A DNA stretch of 64,000 bases from Azolla caroliniana (taxonomy: Eukaryota > Plantae > Polypodiophyta). Both the position numbers and the translations under genes were made by a program. The notes beneath the pieces were generated by a model. That model made no database searches. It was not told the DNA's origin and saw only the letters and a list, made by a program, of their open reading frames with translations. The stretch lies in contig JBHGNT010000005.1 in the NCBI GenBank assembly GCA_043228905.1, forward strand, positions 22,010,001 through 22,074,000, in the 5' to 3' direction. Each line of letters opens with the position of its first letter. Positions within the stretch are counted from its first letter, which is position 1. This document shows, piece after piece, positions 62,466 to 64,000 of the stretch.

Positions 62466-62876
62466 CTATTTGCCTACATTTCCATCTTTAAGCACATCCT
62501 TAGCCTTATTTTTCCTTTCTTCATATGCTTTACGACGGGCATTTTGTTGTGAGATAGTACGATCTTCACTCACAAAGCATTGCATACCTTTGAGGTATAC
62601 CCAACTATTTTCGAGTATGATCCGCCGCTTAGTATCATCCGTCATTGTGCATACAATGGGCCTTTCTCCGGATCGAGTAACACCATGTTTCCCAACTCGG
62701 TGTGCCCCATATACATTCACATCCGACATCCCGTAATGCATGCTAAAAAATTCACCAATGGCCTTTCCGAGGGAAGCGGGTGTTTCCATACTCTCCTCTT
62801 TAATCCCACGGATGACAATGTTCTTTGATCTTCGTTCACGCTCTTTCAATTCTTGGGCATCTATGCTTTCTATATT
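62466..62876 (-). CDS. LINE ORF1 C-terminal part (RRM-like domain), 5' truncated
   Basis: ERRSKNIVIRGIKEE...HRVGK...RPIVC...VSEDRT is typical of the LINE ORF1 RRM/CTD region. Confidence 0.82.
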   Translation of the reverse strand, partial: NIESIDAQELKERERRSKNIVIRGIKEESMETPASLGKAIGEFFSMHYGMSDVNVYGAHRVGKHGVTRSGERPIVCTMTDDTKRRIILENSWVYLKGMQCFVSEDRTISQQNARRKAYEERKNKAKDVLKDGNVGK

Positions 62877-63487
62877 CAGAGAGAGAATGATGATGACAAC
62901 GATATATTATGTGAGAAGAATATACAATGAAGGCTAGGAAGCTTAAGATTGGCGTTGAACCAATTTGGTTCGAAATAATGCCTTGTGCCTCTTTTTATAG
63001 TGTCTCAGGAATAGTCCTGAAGCTTCTAGAATGTTCCAGAGAAATCTTGAAATTATACAATAATTTTCTATAGTAAAATTTAAATGAAAATAATATTTTA
63101 TGTATTACAATAGATAATGTAATGGTCAAGAGCTCGACCCTTATAACAAAAGGTTATGGGTTCGAGTCTTGCCATATCATGATAGGTATATTCTCAAGAT
63201 ATTTCTCGAGTATATTCTAGAGATATTCAATCTCGGAAATTGGATAAATACTTGTAACATCCTTGCTCCCTTTCAAGGGATTCAACACTAGTCATTGACA
63301 CATCAATCTAGTATTCTCGTTTCACCTCATCTTTGTCTCCTTGATCTCTATTTCTATCTTCATGCCCTCATGTCGCTCACAACATCTAGAGTTCCTAGCC
63401 TCGTCACATCTAGCTCCAAGTTCATTCGTCGCTCGTAGCCCCATCATATGTGCTGCATCCTAGTCCGTGCTTGGTGTGTCCGTGACA

Positions 63488-63722
63488 CGGAAGTGGTGTC
63501 GGTGTTGGCTTTGCGTCCTAGATATTGAAACACCTCACCACCTTTTGGATGTAATCGGATTGGGAGAGCCTGAGAATCTTCTTCATCTGATTTCGCTCTA
63601 TCCGCATGCCCAGGATGTGTCGGGCTTCTTCGAGTTCTTTCATTGAGAATTTCTCATGAAGACTCCGCTTTAGTTTTCCAATTTCTGCTTTATCGTTGCC
63701 GACGATAAGCATGTCGTTGATA
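63488..63722 (-). pseudogene. Copia RT fragment flanking the right end of element B
   Basis: DMLIVGND...FSMKELEEARHILGMRIER...LSQSDYIQKV; frameshifted/truncated. Confidence 0.85.
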
Positions 63723-63861
63723 TATGGGTTAGGTAGATCCGGGACTCATCGGCCAATTACCGGTTGTACATGCATGGGTCGGAGTTTGACCGGTTGTAGC
63801 CAAGTTGCTAGATGTAGGTATCGAACTTCTGATACCACATTCTCAACGCAAGAGAAGAAGG

Positions 63862-64000
63862 TGTTGGGAAACAAGGTCCCTTCAGATGGGAAGAAGAATA
63901 CGAGTCAGACTAGTTGGATCCGGATCCAAATCCAGATCGGTGTCCCAATTGAGTCCGGATAGGCATCCGGAAAAAGCCACATATGTAAATAGGTTTTGTG
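63862..64000 (+). mobile_element. Start of another copia-type LTR running off the window
   Basis: TGTTGGGAAACAAGGTCCCTTCAGATGGGAAG resembles the LTR starts of F (TGTTAGGAAACAGGTCCCTCAGGATGG) and of the solo LTR at 16173-16902. Confidence 0.65.

Larger units (their letters stand above)
59010..62877 (-). mobile_element. 5'-truncated LINE (RTEX/L2-group-like) with (CTAT)n tail, inserted in the (GA)n tract of the A 5' LTR
   Basis: A LTR breaks at the GA run (~59010) and resumes at 62878; tail reads (ATCT)5-6 on the minus strand; ORF1 C-part plus intact ORF2. Clade assignment is tentative. Confidence 0.9.
18268..63184 (-). mobile_element. Element A: Tcn1-like chromovirus (Ty3/gypsy), degenerate; 3' LTR 18268-18684, 5' LTR 58906-63184 (interrupted by LINE)
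   Basis: Matching LTRs (TGTCAGGAACAATA...CATATCATGA(C/T)A), TSD GGTAT at 18263-18267 and 63185-63189, PPT at 18685-18698. Confidence 0.92.
15541..63487 (+). mobile_element. Element B: non-coding Tcn1-like LTR element; 5' LTR remnant 15541-15844, internal 15845-18081, 3' LTR split as 18082-18267 + 63185-63487
   Basis: 15541-15844 is near-identical to 63185-63487, both ending GTGACA; self-complementary PBS 15847-15857; PPT AAGAGGGGGGATAA before TGTCA at 18082; 3' LTR interrupted by A with TSD GGTAT; no gag/pol similarity recognised internally. Confidence 0.85.

Noticed and set aside
63828-63839. TCTGATACCA as an iMet PBS of a minus-strand element
   Set aside because: It is not adjacent to a recognisable LTR end, and context is insufficient at the window edge.

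Overview
Plant nuclear DNA, most likely a moss or other early-diverging land plant (inferred from the retroelement families present). The first ~14 kb is AT-rich and holds one clear gene on the minus strand: a 5-exon class I RSL (RHD6-like) bHLH transcription factor of about 765 aa with a very long N/H/D-rich first exon. From ~14.4 kb to the end the window is a single nest of retrotransposons, resolved here from TG..CA termini, PBS/PPT and target-site duplications (TSDs). A noncoding element B carries the 45-kb chromovirus A in its 3' LTR. A carries copia E (itself containing chromovirus D, which contains C, and copia F), chromovirus G (containing H, which contains the Trp-primed gypsy I, which contains solo LTR J) and a LINE with an intact ORF2. 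The most notable signals are: (1) the LINE ORF1 and AUG-less ORF2 are in frame across one AAA-UAG-GGA stop, and the sequence just after that stop is complementary over 17 nt to the LINE 3'UTR 3.4 kb away, like tombusvirus long-range readthrough; (2) outward-facing tRNA-like Pol III A/B boxes at the U3 tip of all five Tcn1-like elements; (3) co-varying self-priming PBSs and an R-U5 inversion ending at one of them; (4) conserved -1 frameshift cassettes; (5) an 88-bp filler matching a neighbouring element. Letters A-J are my own labels. All functional statements are inferences from sequence only.
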